A DNA stretch of 56,267 nucleotides. Origin: Chloroflexota bacterium. Lineage in GTDB: Bacteria; Chloroflexota; Dormibacteria; CF-121. Position numbers and translations under genes: made by a program. The notes under the pieces were generated by a model that saw only the letters and a program-made list of their open reading frames with translations, did not search any database and was not told the origin of the DNA. Below are positions 48,473 to 56,267 of this stretch, piece after piece (position 1 is the stretch's first letter; every line of letters starts with the position of its first letter). The DNA lies in assembly GCA_005881715.1 (NCBI GenBank), contig VBEE01000043.1, positions 1,218 through 57,484 on the forward strand. The letters are read 5' to 3'.

Positions 48473-49698
48473 CCGGCCGCGGCGCGCTCCGACGGCAGCC
48501 GCAGTCGGCCGAACATCACCAGGAAGGTAAGGCCCGCCAGCATGTAGAATCCGGCGCTGACCGAAAAGGCCAGCTGATAGCCGCCGCGAACCTGGAGGAA
48601 TCCGCTGAGCAGCGGACCCAGCCCACCCAGCCCGATGCCGGTCACGACCGTCTGCGCCGTTGCCAGTCGAGCTCGCTGCTGAGGCTCGACGTACTCCATC
48701 CCGAACACCTGGCTCAATGGTGCCTGCAGGTTCAGCGCCAGCTGGCGGAGATAGATGATCACCACCGCGAGGGGCAGCGTCATGATGAAGGCAAGCCCCA
48801 GGACCAACGGTGAGCCGGCCGCCTGCAGCAGCCCGACGCTCCGGCTCAATCCCGTCCGACGCGCCACGCGTGGCGCCGACAGGGTGACGAGCGCGGTGAG
48901 CGCCGCGCCGACGGCGAGGATCAGACCGATCGGTCCTGGAGTCAACCCAAAGCGCTGCAACAGATAGAGCTGGAGAAAGTTGAGATACATGCCGGCGCCG
49001 ATCCCCAGCACAAAGCCCGGCAACAGGATGCGGGTAAAGCGCCGGGTGTCGACTCGGAGGAGGTCGCGAACGGGCATGACCACCGTGGGCCTGAGCCCGG
49101 CTTCCTTCGCCAGCCGGAGAAGAAACGGCAAGCCCAGCACTGTCAACAGGGTCATCACCACGAAGGCCGACCGAATCGAGCCCGGCGAGGCACTCGACGA
49201 CCGGGTTGCGCGGGCGGCGGCCTCCGGTATCCCGCCACCGAGCAGGTCGCCGATGAGCACCGCCAGCCACGCCAGCGATTGGTTGACGGCAAAGAGAGAG
49301 ACGCGCTCCGTTTCCCGGCTGATCTGGGCCAGCAGCGGCCCACTCAGCACCGCGAGGACGGAGAGGGCGAGAGCGAAGGTCCCGGCCGCGAGCACGGCGA
49401 CCAGCCGCCCACCGGCGATCGACAGAACCAGCGATCCGATCACCGCCAGGCTGCCGCTCCCCAGGAGAAAAAGACGATAGCCAATGCGATCGGCCATCGC
49501 GGCGAGGGGAAGCCCGACGCCGAGCAAAGCGAGAGCTGGGAGTGAGTTGAAGACCCCGATGATGTCGTTGGAGAAGCCGAGCGCGCTCATGTACAGGTTG
49601 AACACCAGGTTGAAGATGGCGAACGCGATCGATATCAGGATCGAGAAGGCGAGAAAATGCCGCGCCGCCGGGCTGAAGGCCAAAAAGACCGCGACCAC
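48469..49698 (-). CDS. MFS transporter
   Basis: 409 aa with about 12 transmembrane helices and an MFS loop motif (MADRIGYR). Confidence 0.85.
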   Translation of the reverse strand: MVAVFLAFSPAARHFLAFSILISIAFAIFNLVFNLYMSALGFSNDIIGVFNSLPALALLGVGLPLAAMADRIGYRLFLLGSGSLAVIGSLVLSIAGGRLVAVLAAGTFALALSVLAVLSGPLLAQISRETERVSLFAVNQSLAWLAVLIGDLLGGGIPEAAARATRSSSASPGSIRSAFVVMTLLTVLGLPFLLRLAKEAGLRPTVVMPVRDLLRVDTRRFTRILLPGFVLGIGAGMYLNFLQLYLLQRFGLTPGPIGLILAVGAALTALVTLSAPRVARRTGLSRSVGLLQAAGSPLVLGLAFIMTLPLAVVIIYLRQLALNLQAPLSQVFGMEYVEPQQRARLATAQTVVTGIGLGGLGPLLSGFLQVRGGYQLAFSVSAGFYMLAGLTFLVMFGRLRLPSERAAAG

Positions 49699-49715
49699 CC
49701 GACGTGCCTGGGTCG

Positions 49716-50510
49716 CTATTTGGTGGATTGAAGCGCCTGGTAAATCTGCTGCCCCACGGCGGCCTGGACGGCGAGGGGGTCGTTGCGCCGATAGTCCAGC
49801 CAGTACCGGACCTCGAGCGTCAGGCCCCCGTCGACGTTGGGTTGGACGGCAACATGTGGCGGCGGATCCTTGGCAATGTCGGGACGGCGCTGGATCTCTT
49901 CCTTGATTTTTTCGGCGAGCCCATCGGGCGCGACGCCGCTCGGGAGCTTGGCCGTGAGGGTGAAGAGGCGCGTCGGGTAGCGGGTGCGGTTGATGATCGT
50001 ACCCGTATACACGAGCGAGTTCGGTGCGATCACCTGCTCGCCCTCACTTGTCCGCAGCGTGGTCGCCCGCATCTCGATGTTCTCGACGATGCCGGTGTGG
50101 TTGTCGACGGTGATCTCATCGCCCAGGCGAAACGGGCGTTCTAGCAACATGAAGATGCCGGCGATGAAGTTTTTCAGGATGTCCTGGAAAGCCAGGCTGA
50201 AGGCCAGTGCCAAAAACCCGAAGCCGCCAAACACCAGCGCCGGGCTGCCGAAGAGTTCGCTGAAGGCAGCCACCACGCCGATGACCAGTGCGGCCAGAAA
50301 GACCATGCGGTTGACCAGCAGTGCGACCTGCGGATCGGCATTGACTCGTTTCAGTTCCTTGCCGGCAAGCATCCGAACGAAGCGCGCCAGCAGATAAAAC
50401 GCGACCAGAATGAGGATTGCCACCACAACCTTGAAAAGGTCGTGGTCACTCGGAAGATAGCTGCGGAGGGTTTCCCACGCACTCGCGGCGCTGGCCAGCA
50501 TGGCGCCCAT
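49716..50510 (-). CDS. small-conductance mechanosensitive channel (MscS family)
   Basis: 264 aa. NFIAGIFMLLERPFRLGDEITVDNHTGIVENIEMRATTLRTSEGEQVIAPNS is the MscS pore-helix/beta-domain signature. Confidence 0.88.
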   Translation of the reverse strand: MGAMLASAASAWETLRSYLPSDHDLFKVVVAILILVAFYLLARFVRMLAGKELKRVNADPQVALLVNRMVFLAALVIGVVAAFSELFGSPALVFGGFGFLALAFSLAFQDILKNFIAGIFMLLERPFRLGDEITVDNHTGIVENIEMRATTLRTSEGEQVIAPNSLVYTGTIINRTRYPTRLFTLTAKLPSGVAPDGLAEKIKEEIQRRPDIAKDPPPHVAVQPNVDGGLTLEVRYWLDYRRNDPLAVQAAVGQQIYQALQSTK

Positions 50511-50528
50511 TGTAGGGGCGCTCTGGAC

Positions 50529-51251
50529 TTAGCTCTCGGTCGGGGCTTCGCCCTCGGCGGCAGGCTCGGCAGGAGCCTGCGTCTCACCGACCGTCGGCAC
50601 CTCGGCGGCGGCCGGCGCCGGTGCGACCTCTTCGACTTCTTCCCTGTGGGCGGCGACCTTGACGATCAGGTCATCGGGCTCGTCGAGGATCTCGCAGCCC
50701 GGCGGAATCGTCAGGTCCTTCACGCGGATCTCGTCGTCGATCTCCTTCAAACCGGAAAGATCCACCGTGATCACTGGCGGCAGATCCGTCGGCAGGCATT
50801 CGACCTTGAGGGCATGCAAGCCTCGCTGTAGATCGGCCTCCCCCTTGACGACCAGTTCGATCTCACCCTCGAGTTCGATCGGCACCTCCGACTCGATCTT
50901 CTCGGTGAGATTGACCTGGTAGAAGTCGACATGCAGCAGATCGCCGTCGCGCGGGCTCCGCTGAACCTCACGGATGAGCGCCTTGCGTACCGGCTCATCG
51001 CCGACCTGGAGATCGAGGAGCTGGTTGCGCCCCACCTTCTGGAAGGCCTTGACGAACTCCCGGCCGTCCACCGCCACCGTCACGGCGTCGACGTTGTGGC
51101 CATAGACGACGCCAGGCAGCCGGCCCTGGCGACGGAGGGTCCGAGTGTGCTTTCCCCGATCCTCACGGGGCTCGAGTTTGAGCGTAACGGGGGTGGCCGT
51201 GGCCAGAGGTTTTCTCCTTCGGCGCGAATTCGGCGGCGCCCATCTTAACAC
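50529..51251 (-). CDS. rplY: 50S ribosomal protein L25 / general stress protein Ctc form
   Basis: LKLEPREDRGKHTRTLRRQGRLPGVVYGHN... with a long Ala/Pro/Glu-rich C-terminal extension. The track start is GTG 51251. A CTG at 51206 lies 7 nt after AGGAG and gives the usual L25 N-terminal length (see findings). Confidence 0.9.
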   Translation of the reverse strand: MLRWAPPNSRRRRKPLATATPVTLKLEPREDRGKHTRTLRRQGRLPGVVYGHNVDAVTVAVDGREFVKAFQKVGRNQLLDLQVGDEPVRKALIREVQRSPRDGDLLHVDFYQVNLTEKIESEVPIELEGEIELVVKGEADLQRGLHALKVECLPTDLPPVITVDLSGLKEIDDEIRVKDLTIPPGCEILDEPDDLIVKVAAHREEVEEVAPAPAAAEVPTVGETQAPAEPAAEGEAPTES

Positions 51252-51306
51252 AGCCTTTGGCGACCGCTGAACGGCCCTTCACCGGAACTTTTCCGCCGTT
51301 TGGCCG

Positions 51307-51335
51307 TTACCTTGAGTGGCCGAAGTCCTTAGAAT
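51307..51335 (+). promoter_or_regulatory. candidate promoter of the L,D-transpeptidase gene (very short leader)
   Basis: TTACCT (51307..51312), a 17-nt spacer, then TAGAAT (51330..51335). The -10 element ends 13 nt before the ATG at 51349 and there is no SD in between. Hexamer-level prediction only. Confidence 0.3.
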
Positions 51336-51348
51336 CGGCTGACACACG

Positions 51349-52629
51349 ATGCTGGCATCATGTCTTAAGTTTCTGCGTCGAAACGCGCTCCGAATAGGAG
51401 TGGTGCTGGGGACGTTCGCCCTGGTGGCCAGCTTCATCTTCGTCCAGCAGATGCGGGAAGCCTTCGCCGAGCAGGACTACCAGAGCGCCCGCACCCAGGT
51501 CCTTAAGGCCCAGGCGCGTGCCGCGCAGCTCGGGCTGGATACGGCCGAATATTCAGACCTGCAGCGCCAGGAGCTGACGACCGCGGCGGAAGTCCCACCC
51601 AGCGTCACGGCGCCCTTCAACGAGGAGCGGATCGCCTTTTTCTCCCGGGCGGCCACCCAGGAAACCGATATCAAGGAGCAGCTCGAGACGCGGATGCAGA
51701 AGCTCCTGGCCGAGACCCATGATGCGGCTCAGGCGGCGACCAGGCAGCTGTCCCTCAACCTGGGAAAGGCCAGACAGCTCGGTGTCGACGAGCAGCTGCT
51801 GGATGAATTTACCGGCCTCCCGGTAAAGGCCCAGGACGACGTCAACAACGCCACCACCGTCCGCGCCTTTCGCGCCGTCAACAGCGAGCTGAAGGCGCCG
51901 CTCTCGAAACTCTCGCTCATCGTCGCCGACCAGGAAACCGCCAACAAGCTCGTCGGCGAATACGCCGCGCAGGCGGCAGCGAAAGACCACGGCGACGCCG
52001 GCCTGGCGCGGGCGGGGGCGAATGCCGCCCTTGCCCAGGTTCGAGCCGATCTCCAGACGGCGCGGATCTTCCAGATGGACGTGGCGATCGTCGACGTGCA
52101 TGTCCAGAAATTGGCGACCCAGCTGGGCAGCACGGCGACCGTCGCCGATCTGGAACAGGTCAACGCTGGCCTCACGGTGCAGGACAAGGTCCTGCAGACC
52201 GCGATGAGCCAGAACCTCCCGGAGAAGGCCATCACCATCTCGCTGAAAGAGCAGGTGATTCGGGCCTATTCACACGGCCAGCAGGTGTTCTGGACCTACG
52301 TGACCACCGGGCGCCCCGGCCTGGAGACCGACGCCGGGAGCTTCAAGGTCTACTGGAAGGTCTCGCCCTGGACCATGCACTCACCCTGGCCGAAGGGCTC
52401 GCCGTACTGGTACCCGGACAGCAAAGTCCAGATGGTGATGTGGTTCAACGGCGGCGACGGCATTCACGACGCGTCCTGGCGCTCCCGGTACGGTCCGGGC
52501 ACCAATGGCCCGCATTATGACCCAACCGGGGAAGACACCGGCACGCACGGCTGCGTCAACGTCCCCTGGAGCAATATGGTCTGGCTCTGGAACTGGACGC
52601 CGACCGGCACCCCCGTCATCGTCTACTGA
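51349..52629 (+). CDS. L,D-transpeptidase (YkuD domain) with N-terminal membrane anchor and long helical linker
   Basis: 426 aa. The N-terminal transmembrane helix is IGVVLGTFALVASFIF. The C-terminal YkuD domain carries the catalytic motif GIHDA...THGCVNVP. Confidence 0.85.
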   Translation: MLASCLKFLRRNALRIGVVLGTFALVASFIFVQQMREAFAEQDYQSARTQVLKAQARAAQLGLDTAEYSDLQRQELTTAAEVPPSVTAPFNEERIAFFSRAATQETDIKEQLETRMQKLLAETHDAAQAATRQLSLNLGKARQLGVDEQLLDEFTGLPVKAQDDVNNATTVRAFRAVNSELKAPLSKLSLIVADQETANKLVGEYAAQAAAKDHGDAGLARAGANAALAQVRADLQTARIFQMDVAIVDVHVQKLATQLGSTATVADLEQVNAGLTVQDKVLQTAMSQNLPEKAITISLKEQVIRAYSHGQQVFWTYVTTGRPGLETDAGSFKVYWKVSPWTMHSPWPKGSPYWYPDSKVQMVMWFNGGDGIHDASWRSRYGPGTNGPHYDPTGEDTGTHGCVNVPWSNMVWLWNWTPTGTPVIVY

Positions 52630-52631
52630 CG

Positions 52632-52919
52632 TAACCGGGCGGGTGCGCCGCCCAGCGTCCCATCACGCACTCGGCCGAAATTCCATTGGCCTCGTGAGCG
52701 TGGTACAGGACGCTGTTCCGCGCCCGCCCTGACACGCGCGAAAGCGCGGCTCGGCCTGCGGCCTCGCTAACCGGGCGGGTGCGCCGCCCAGCGTCCCATC
52801 ACGCACTCGGCCGAAATTCCATTGGCGTCGTGAGCGTGGTACAGGACGCTGTTCCGCGCCCGCCCTGACTCGCGCGAAAGGCGGCTCGGCCTGCGGCCTC
52901 GCTAACCGGGCGGGTGCGC
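52632..52919. repeat. tandem direct repeat of 136/135 bp: two full copies plus the first 17 nt of a third
   Basis: Copy 1 is 52632..52767 and copy 2 is 52768..52902. They differ by 2 substitutions and one 1-nt indel. 52903..52919 repeats the first 17 nt of the unit. Each copy contains nested inverted repeats that predict a ~93-nt rod-like hairpin. Confidence 0.9.
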
Positions 52920-52956
52920 TGGGGCCTCTACGCGGTTTGCCGTAAGGGGACCGGCC

Positions 52957-52975
52957 AAAGGGCGGACGTCCTTTT
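52957..52975 (+). terminator. weak intrinsic-terminator-like hairpin with T-run, 36 nt upstream of the zinc-ribbon ORF
   Basis: AAAGGGC ggac GTCCTTT forms a 7-bp stem (one G-U pair) with a 4-nt loop. The stem's 3' arm ends in TTT and one more T follows at 52975. It could terminate read-through from the ldt/repeat region or act as an attenuator. Confidence 0.3.
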
Positions 52976-53011
52976 GTGAGCCTGCGCGTTAGAGAGGGTA
53001 GGAGCTCACAT

Positions 53012-53230
53012 ATGGCCCTTGCCAACTCGACCATGCACCAGCTGGCACCGCATACCTGGACCTTCCAGGCGCCGGAGATCCCGGTCGCGCCCATGAAGGC
53101 CAACTGCCGGGCGTGCCGGCAATCGGTCGCGATTTTGCGCCCCTCCGCCATGGATTTGAAGACAGGCAACTACGTCGTGCGCGGCGAGTGCGAGCGCTGT
53201 GGCGCAGAAGTTCTTCTTATCGTGAGCTAA
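53012..53230 (+). CDS. 72-aa zinc-ribbon protein (CxxC...CxxC), unknown function
   Basis: The ATG at 53012 lies 7 nt after AGGAG (53000..53004). The product is [72 protein letters not shown], with high GC3. The competing 168-aa antisense ORF is Arg-rich and runs through the repeats. Confidence 0.55.
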   Translation: MALANSTMHQLAPHTWTFQAPEIPVAPMKANCRACRQSVAILRPSAMDLKTGNYVVRGECERCGAEVLLIVS

Positions 53231-54074
53231 GGCTCTCCGCGCTGGTGAAGCCTTCGCCAGTCCAGTAGCCGAGCATCTGCTCGGTCTCGTGGTAGAGCCA
53301 GATCAGGTACCGTTCCCGGGCGGCTTCGCTGAGGAAGGCCGCCTTGCGCTCGATGGCCTCCAGCGGGAAGAGATCCAGGGCGCTCACCCAATTCGCCTTC
53401 ATGAACGCGCGCATGAAGAGGAAGTCGCCGGTGAACACGACGGTCTGTTCCTGGTCCTGAACGTAGACCGCCTGGTGTCCCGCGGTGTGGCCGCCCGTCA
53501 CACGGACGCGGACGCCGGGCGCGATCGCCTCGTCGCCGTCCACAACCTGAAGCCGCCCCTCCTCCTCGAGAAGGCCAAGGTTCTCGGGCTTGTATGACGG
53601 CTTGCTACGGAGATCCGGGTGGCGCCACGCCTCGAGCTCCCGAGCCTGCACGACGTGCCGGGCACGCGGGAACAGTGGCGTCAGTTCACCGTCGCGGCCT
53701 GGCGTCACCAGGGCGCCCACGTGGTCGAAGTGCAGGTGGCTGAGGACGACCAGATCGATATCCTGCGGCTTTAAGCCGACGCGGGCAAGCGCATCGGGAA
53801 TCCCCGGATCCCGTTCGTAGGCGTAGATGTCGCGTTCCTTGTCGGAGAGTTTGGGCCCGATGCCGGCCTCGATCAGGATATTGGCGTCCGGCGTCCGGAC
53901 CAAAAGACAGTTGGTGGCCATGGCGATCCGGTTGCGCGCATCGGGGGCTTTCAGCTTCTCCCACATGACCTTGGGAACGACGCCAAAGACCGCGCCGCCG
54001 TCCATGCGCCAGATCCCATCGCTCACGCAGTGAAGCTCGAAGCGGCCGAGCTTTCTGGGCGCCGTCGCGATCAC
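53217..54074 (-). CDS. MBL-fold metallo-hydrolase
   Basis: 285 aa. Contains [12 protein letters not shown] (HxHxDH) and later His/Asp ligands. ATGA overlap with the upstream B12-binding subunit gene. Confidence 0.85.
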   Translation of the reverse strand: MIATAPRKLGRFELHCVSDGIWRMDGGAVFGVVPKVMWEKLKAPDARNRIAMATNCLLVRTPDANILIEAGIGPKLSDKERDIYAYERDPGIPDALARVGLKPQDIDLVVLSHLHFDHVGALVTPGRDGELTPLFPRARHVVQARELEAWRHPDLRSKPSYKPENLGLLEEEGRLQVVDGDEAIAPGVRVRVTGGHTAGHQAVYVQDQEQTVVFTGDFLFMRAFMKANWVSALDLFPLEAIERKAAFLSEAARERYLIWLYHETEQMLGYWTGEGFTSAESLSSR

Positions 54075-54514
54075 GCGGCCTTGAATCCGTGGTTCACAAA
54101 ATCGATGATCGATTGCAGCGTGCTCCCCGGCCCGAAGATCTCCACGACACCCATCTTCTTCAGCTCGGTGGCGTCGTCGTGGGGGATGATGCCGCCGCCA
54201 AAGATCACGATGTCAGAGGCGTTGCGTTCCTTGAGGAGCTCGAGGATCCGTGGAATGAGGGTCATATGCGCGCCGCTATGCAGGCTGACGCCGATGGCGT
54301 CGACGTCCTCCTGGATCGCCGCTTCCACGACCATCTCGGGCGTTTGGCGAAGTCCGGCATAGATCACCTCGACGCCCGCGTCGCGGAGGGCGCGCGACAC
54401 CACTTTGACGCCGCGATCGTGTCCGTCGAGGCCGACTTTCGCGGTGAGCACTCGCCAGCGCTTGTTTTGATTCATCGGCGCTTGCGACCTGGTGGACGTC
54501 TCTGCCGGCGCCAT
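54071..54514 (-). CDS. methylmalonyl-CoA mutase small (cobalamin-binding) subunit
   Basis: 147 aa. [29 protein letters not shown] carries the DxHxxG B12-binding motif. The ATG at 54514 overlaps the stop of a 29-codon upstream ORF (TGATG). An alternative ATG is at 54475. Confidence 0.9.
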   Translation of the reverse strand: MAPAETSTRSQAPMNQNKRWRVLTAKVGLDGHDRGVKVVSRALRDAGVEVIYAGLRQTPEMVVEAAIQEDVDAIGVSLHSGAHMTLIPRILELLKERNASDIVIFGGGIIPHDDATELKKMGVVEIFGPGSTLQSIIDFVNHGFKAA

Positions 54515-54603
54515 CAGTGCCGCATCACGTAGAGGGCGACGATCACAACGACGACGATGGCCGCCATCACCCGTCCGAGCAACGAAAAACGAAGCCGAAT
54601 CAT
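54514..54603 (-). CDS. candidate 29-aa single-pass membrane peptide between the two mutase subunit genes
   Basis: The product is [29 protein letters not shown]. Its ATG directly follows the TAA of the large-subunit gene (TAAATG), and its TGA overlaps the ATG of the small-subunit gene. It is below the ORF-track cutoff. Confidence 0.35.
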   Translation of the reverse strand: MIRLRFSLLGRVMAAIVVVVIVALYVMRH

Positions 54604-56259
54604 TTAGAAGAGGATCGGCTCACGGTAGACGCCGAATACCTCCTTGAGCGCGGCCATGATCTCACCCTCGCTGACGTACGCCTTGACGCAGTTCAGCAGC
54701 GGCGGCATCAGGTTGTCATTGCCCCGAGCCGCGACTTTGAGCTCTTCCAGCCGGTTGCGCACGCTGGTGTTGTCGCGGCGAGCCTTGAGCGCCTTGAGCC
54801 GCGCAACCTGGCCCCGCTCGGTCTCGGGCCCGATCTTGAGGGTGGGCACATCGGCGCCTTCGCCCTCCTTATAGGCGTTGACGCCCACGATGATCCGCTC
54901 ATTCGCCTCCAGCTTGCGCTCGAATTCGAACGCCGCATCGGCGATCTCTCGCTGGAAGAACCCATTCTCGATGCAGCGAAGCACGCCCCCTTGCTCCTCG
55001 ATCCGATCGAAGTACTGCTGTGCGCCCCGCTCCATCTCGTCGGTGAGCCGCTCCAGGAAAAAGGATCCGGCGAGCGGGTCGATGGTATTCGTGACGCCGG
55101 TCTCGTGAGCCAGCACCTGCTGGGTACGCAGGGCGATCTGTGCGGCTCGCTCGGTCGGCAGCGCCAGCACCTCGTCCATCGAGTTGGTGTGCAACGAGTT
55201 CGTTCCGCCAAGCACGGCGGCCATGGCTTCGTAGGCGGTGCGGCTGATGTTGTTCTCCACCTGCTGCCGGGTCAGCGAGACGCCGGCGGTCTGGGTATGG
55301 AAACGGAGCATCCACGACCTGGGATCGCGGGCGCCGTATTTGTCGCGCATGATCCGTGCCCACAGGCGCCGGGCTGCCCGGAATTTCGCGATCTCCTCGA
55401 AGAAATCGATGTGGGAGTCAAAGAAGAAGGAGAGCCGGGGGGCGAACTCGTCGACGCTCAGGCCGGCCCTGACGGACGCCTCCACATAGGCCATCCCATC
55501 TGCCAGGGTGAAGGCCAGCTCCTGGACGGCGGTCGACCCGGCCTCGCGGATGTGGTACCCGGAAATCGAGACCGCGTTCCAACGGGGCATGTTGCGGGCG
55601 GCAAAGACGATCGTGTCCACCACCAGCCGCATCGAGGGCTCGGGCGGGAAGATGTACTCCTTCTGCGCGATGTATTCCTTCAGGATGTCGTTCTGCAGCG
55701 TGCCCCCAAGACTTTTTTGAGGCAACCCTTCCTTCTCACCGACGGCGATGTACATGGCGTACAGGATGGCGGCCGGCGAATTGATCGTCATCGAGGTGGT
55801 GATCTGGTCCAGCCGGATACCGCTGAAGAGCGTTTCCATGTCCTCCAGCGAGTCGATCGCAACTCCGCAGTGGCCCACCTCGCCTTCGCTCAGCGGATCG
55901 TCGGAGTCGTAGCCCATCAGGGTCGGCATGTCAAAGGCCACCGACAGGCCGGCCTGGCCCTGCGAGAGCAGGAACTTGTAGCGGCGGTTCGTCTCTTCGG
56001 CGGTACCGTAGCCAGCGAATTGACGGATGGTCCACAGCTGGCCCCGGTACATCGATGGGTAGACGCCGCGCGTGTAGGGAAATTCACCGGGGTAGCCGAG
56101 CTTGTCGTCGTAAGTCCAGCCGGCCAGGTCTTCCGGTGTATAGAGCGGCTCCACTGGCAGGCCGGAGAGCGTGGTGGCAGCCTCCTTCGGGGCCCGCTTC
56201 CCGGCTCGATACCGGGTCGCCCACTCCTCGTACGCGGTCTTGCGGCGAAGCGCCATCAA
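54604..56259 (-). CDS. methylmalonyl-CoA mutase large (catalytic, TIM-barrel) subunit
   Basis: 551 aa. [37 protein letters not shown] and [10 protein letters not shown] are the acyl-CoA mutase substrate-domain signatures. Tyr in the SMY position fits methylmalonyl-CoA rather than isobutyryl-CoA specificity, as I recall it. Confidence 0.93.
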   Translation of the reverse strand: MMALRRKTAYEEWATRYRAGKRAPKEAATTLSGLPVEPLYTPEDLAGWTYDDKLGYPGEFPYTRGVYPSMYRGQLWTIRQFAGYGTAEETNRRYKFLLSQGQAGLSVAFDMPTLMGYDSDDPLSEGEVGHCGVAIDSLEDMETLFSGIRLDQITTSMTINSPAAILYAMYIAVGEKEGLPQKSLGGTLQNDILKEYIAQKEYIFPPEPSMRLVVDTIVFAARNMPRWNAVSISGYHIREAGSTAVQELAFTLADGMAYVEASVRAGLSVDEFAPRLSFFFDSHIDFFEEIAKFRAARRLWARIMRDKYGARDPRSWMLRFHTQTAGVSLTRQQVENNISRTAYEAMAAVLGGTNSLHTNSMDEVLALPTERAAQIALRTQQVLAHETGVTNTIDPLAGSFFLERLTDEMERGAQQYFDRIEEQGGVLRCIENGFFQREIADAAFEFERKLEANERIIVGVNAYKEGEGADVPTLKIGPETERGQVARLKALKARRDNTSVRNRLEELKVAARGNDNLMPPLLNCVKAYVSEGEIMAALKEVFGVYREPILF

Positions 56260-56267
56260 CTGCCTCC

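Noticed and set aside
46347-49270. Long ORFs 46347..47606 (+), 48056..49270 (-) and several ~130-170-aa ORFs in this span.
   Set aside because: They are antisense to, or out of frame with, rarA, VOC and the MFS transporter. No motifs were seen.
52632-52919. The tandem repeat interpreted as a CRISPR array or an integron attC site.
   Set aside because: The copies are directly abutting with no spacers, the units are ~135 bp, and there are only two full copies, so it is not a CRISPR array. No RYYYAAC/GTTRRRY core sites and no integrase are nearby, so it is not attC.
52663-53169. 168-aa minus-strand ORF spanning the tandem repeats and the zinc-ribbon ORF.
   Set aside because: Its repeat-encoded part is Arg/Pro-rich and simply mirrors the DNA repeat. 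The plus-strand 72-aa ORF has a proper SD, paired CxxC motifs and high GC3. The minus-strand ORF has no SD that I could see.

Overview
This is a gene-dense, visibly GC-rich bacterial chromosomal segment (third codon positions are mostly G/C). No database search was possible, so every family call rests on motifs I recognise in the translated ORFs. Because of the GC content, almost every real gene is shadowed by long Arg/Gly/Pro-rich antisense ORFs, which I rejected.

Most of the window is housekeeping or core metabolism:
- serS-lysS-FAD oxidoreductase-greA-lipoprotein-dus-coaX on the minus strand.
- A livJHMGF-type branched-chain amino acid ABC operon, extended by a 7-bladed beta-propeller lipoprotein and a second binding protein.
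- A long minus-strand run fusing a GDP-mannose / GDP-6-deoxyhexose pathway (cupin PMI, phosphomannomutase, gmd, manC, rmd-like reductase) to an activated-methyl-cycle and purine-salvage block (metK, ahcY, PfkB kinase, apt) and a Wzx-type flippase.
- trpS, a GT87-like and a GT2 membrane glycosyltransferase, and an 857-aa Upf1-like SF1 helicase with a zinc ribbon and an Arg-rich tail.
- DUF1684, SDR, nitrobindin, a divergent tRNA-Arg(CCT)/tRNA-Pro(CGG) pair, EamA and Ku.
- An OpuC-type betaine transporter whose ATPase gene is broken, next to a BHMT-type betaine-homocysteine methyltransferase and a sarcosine-oxidase-family flavoprotein.
- rarA, VOC, MFS, MscS, L25/Ctc, an L,D-transpeptidase, an MBL hydrolase and a split methylmalonyl-CoA mutase.

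No CRISPR array, transposase, integrase or obvious defence island was seen.

The least explained signals are:
1. A tandem ~135-bp repeat, each copy folding into a long nested hairpin, sitting upstream of a small zinc-ribbon ORF.
2. Several genes whose conserved N-termini lie upstream of any ATG/GTG/TTG, with CTG (or no) start candidates.
3. Unannotated small membrane ORFs that are translationally coupled inside operons.
4. Two apparent frameshift or deletion lesions.
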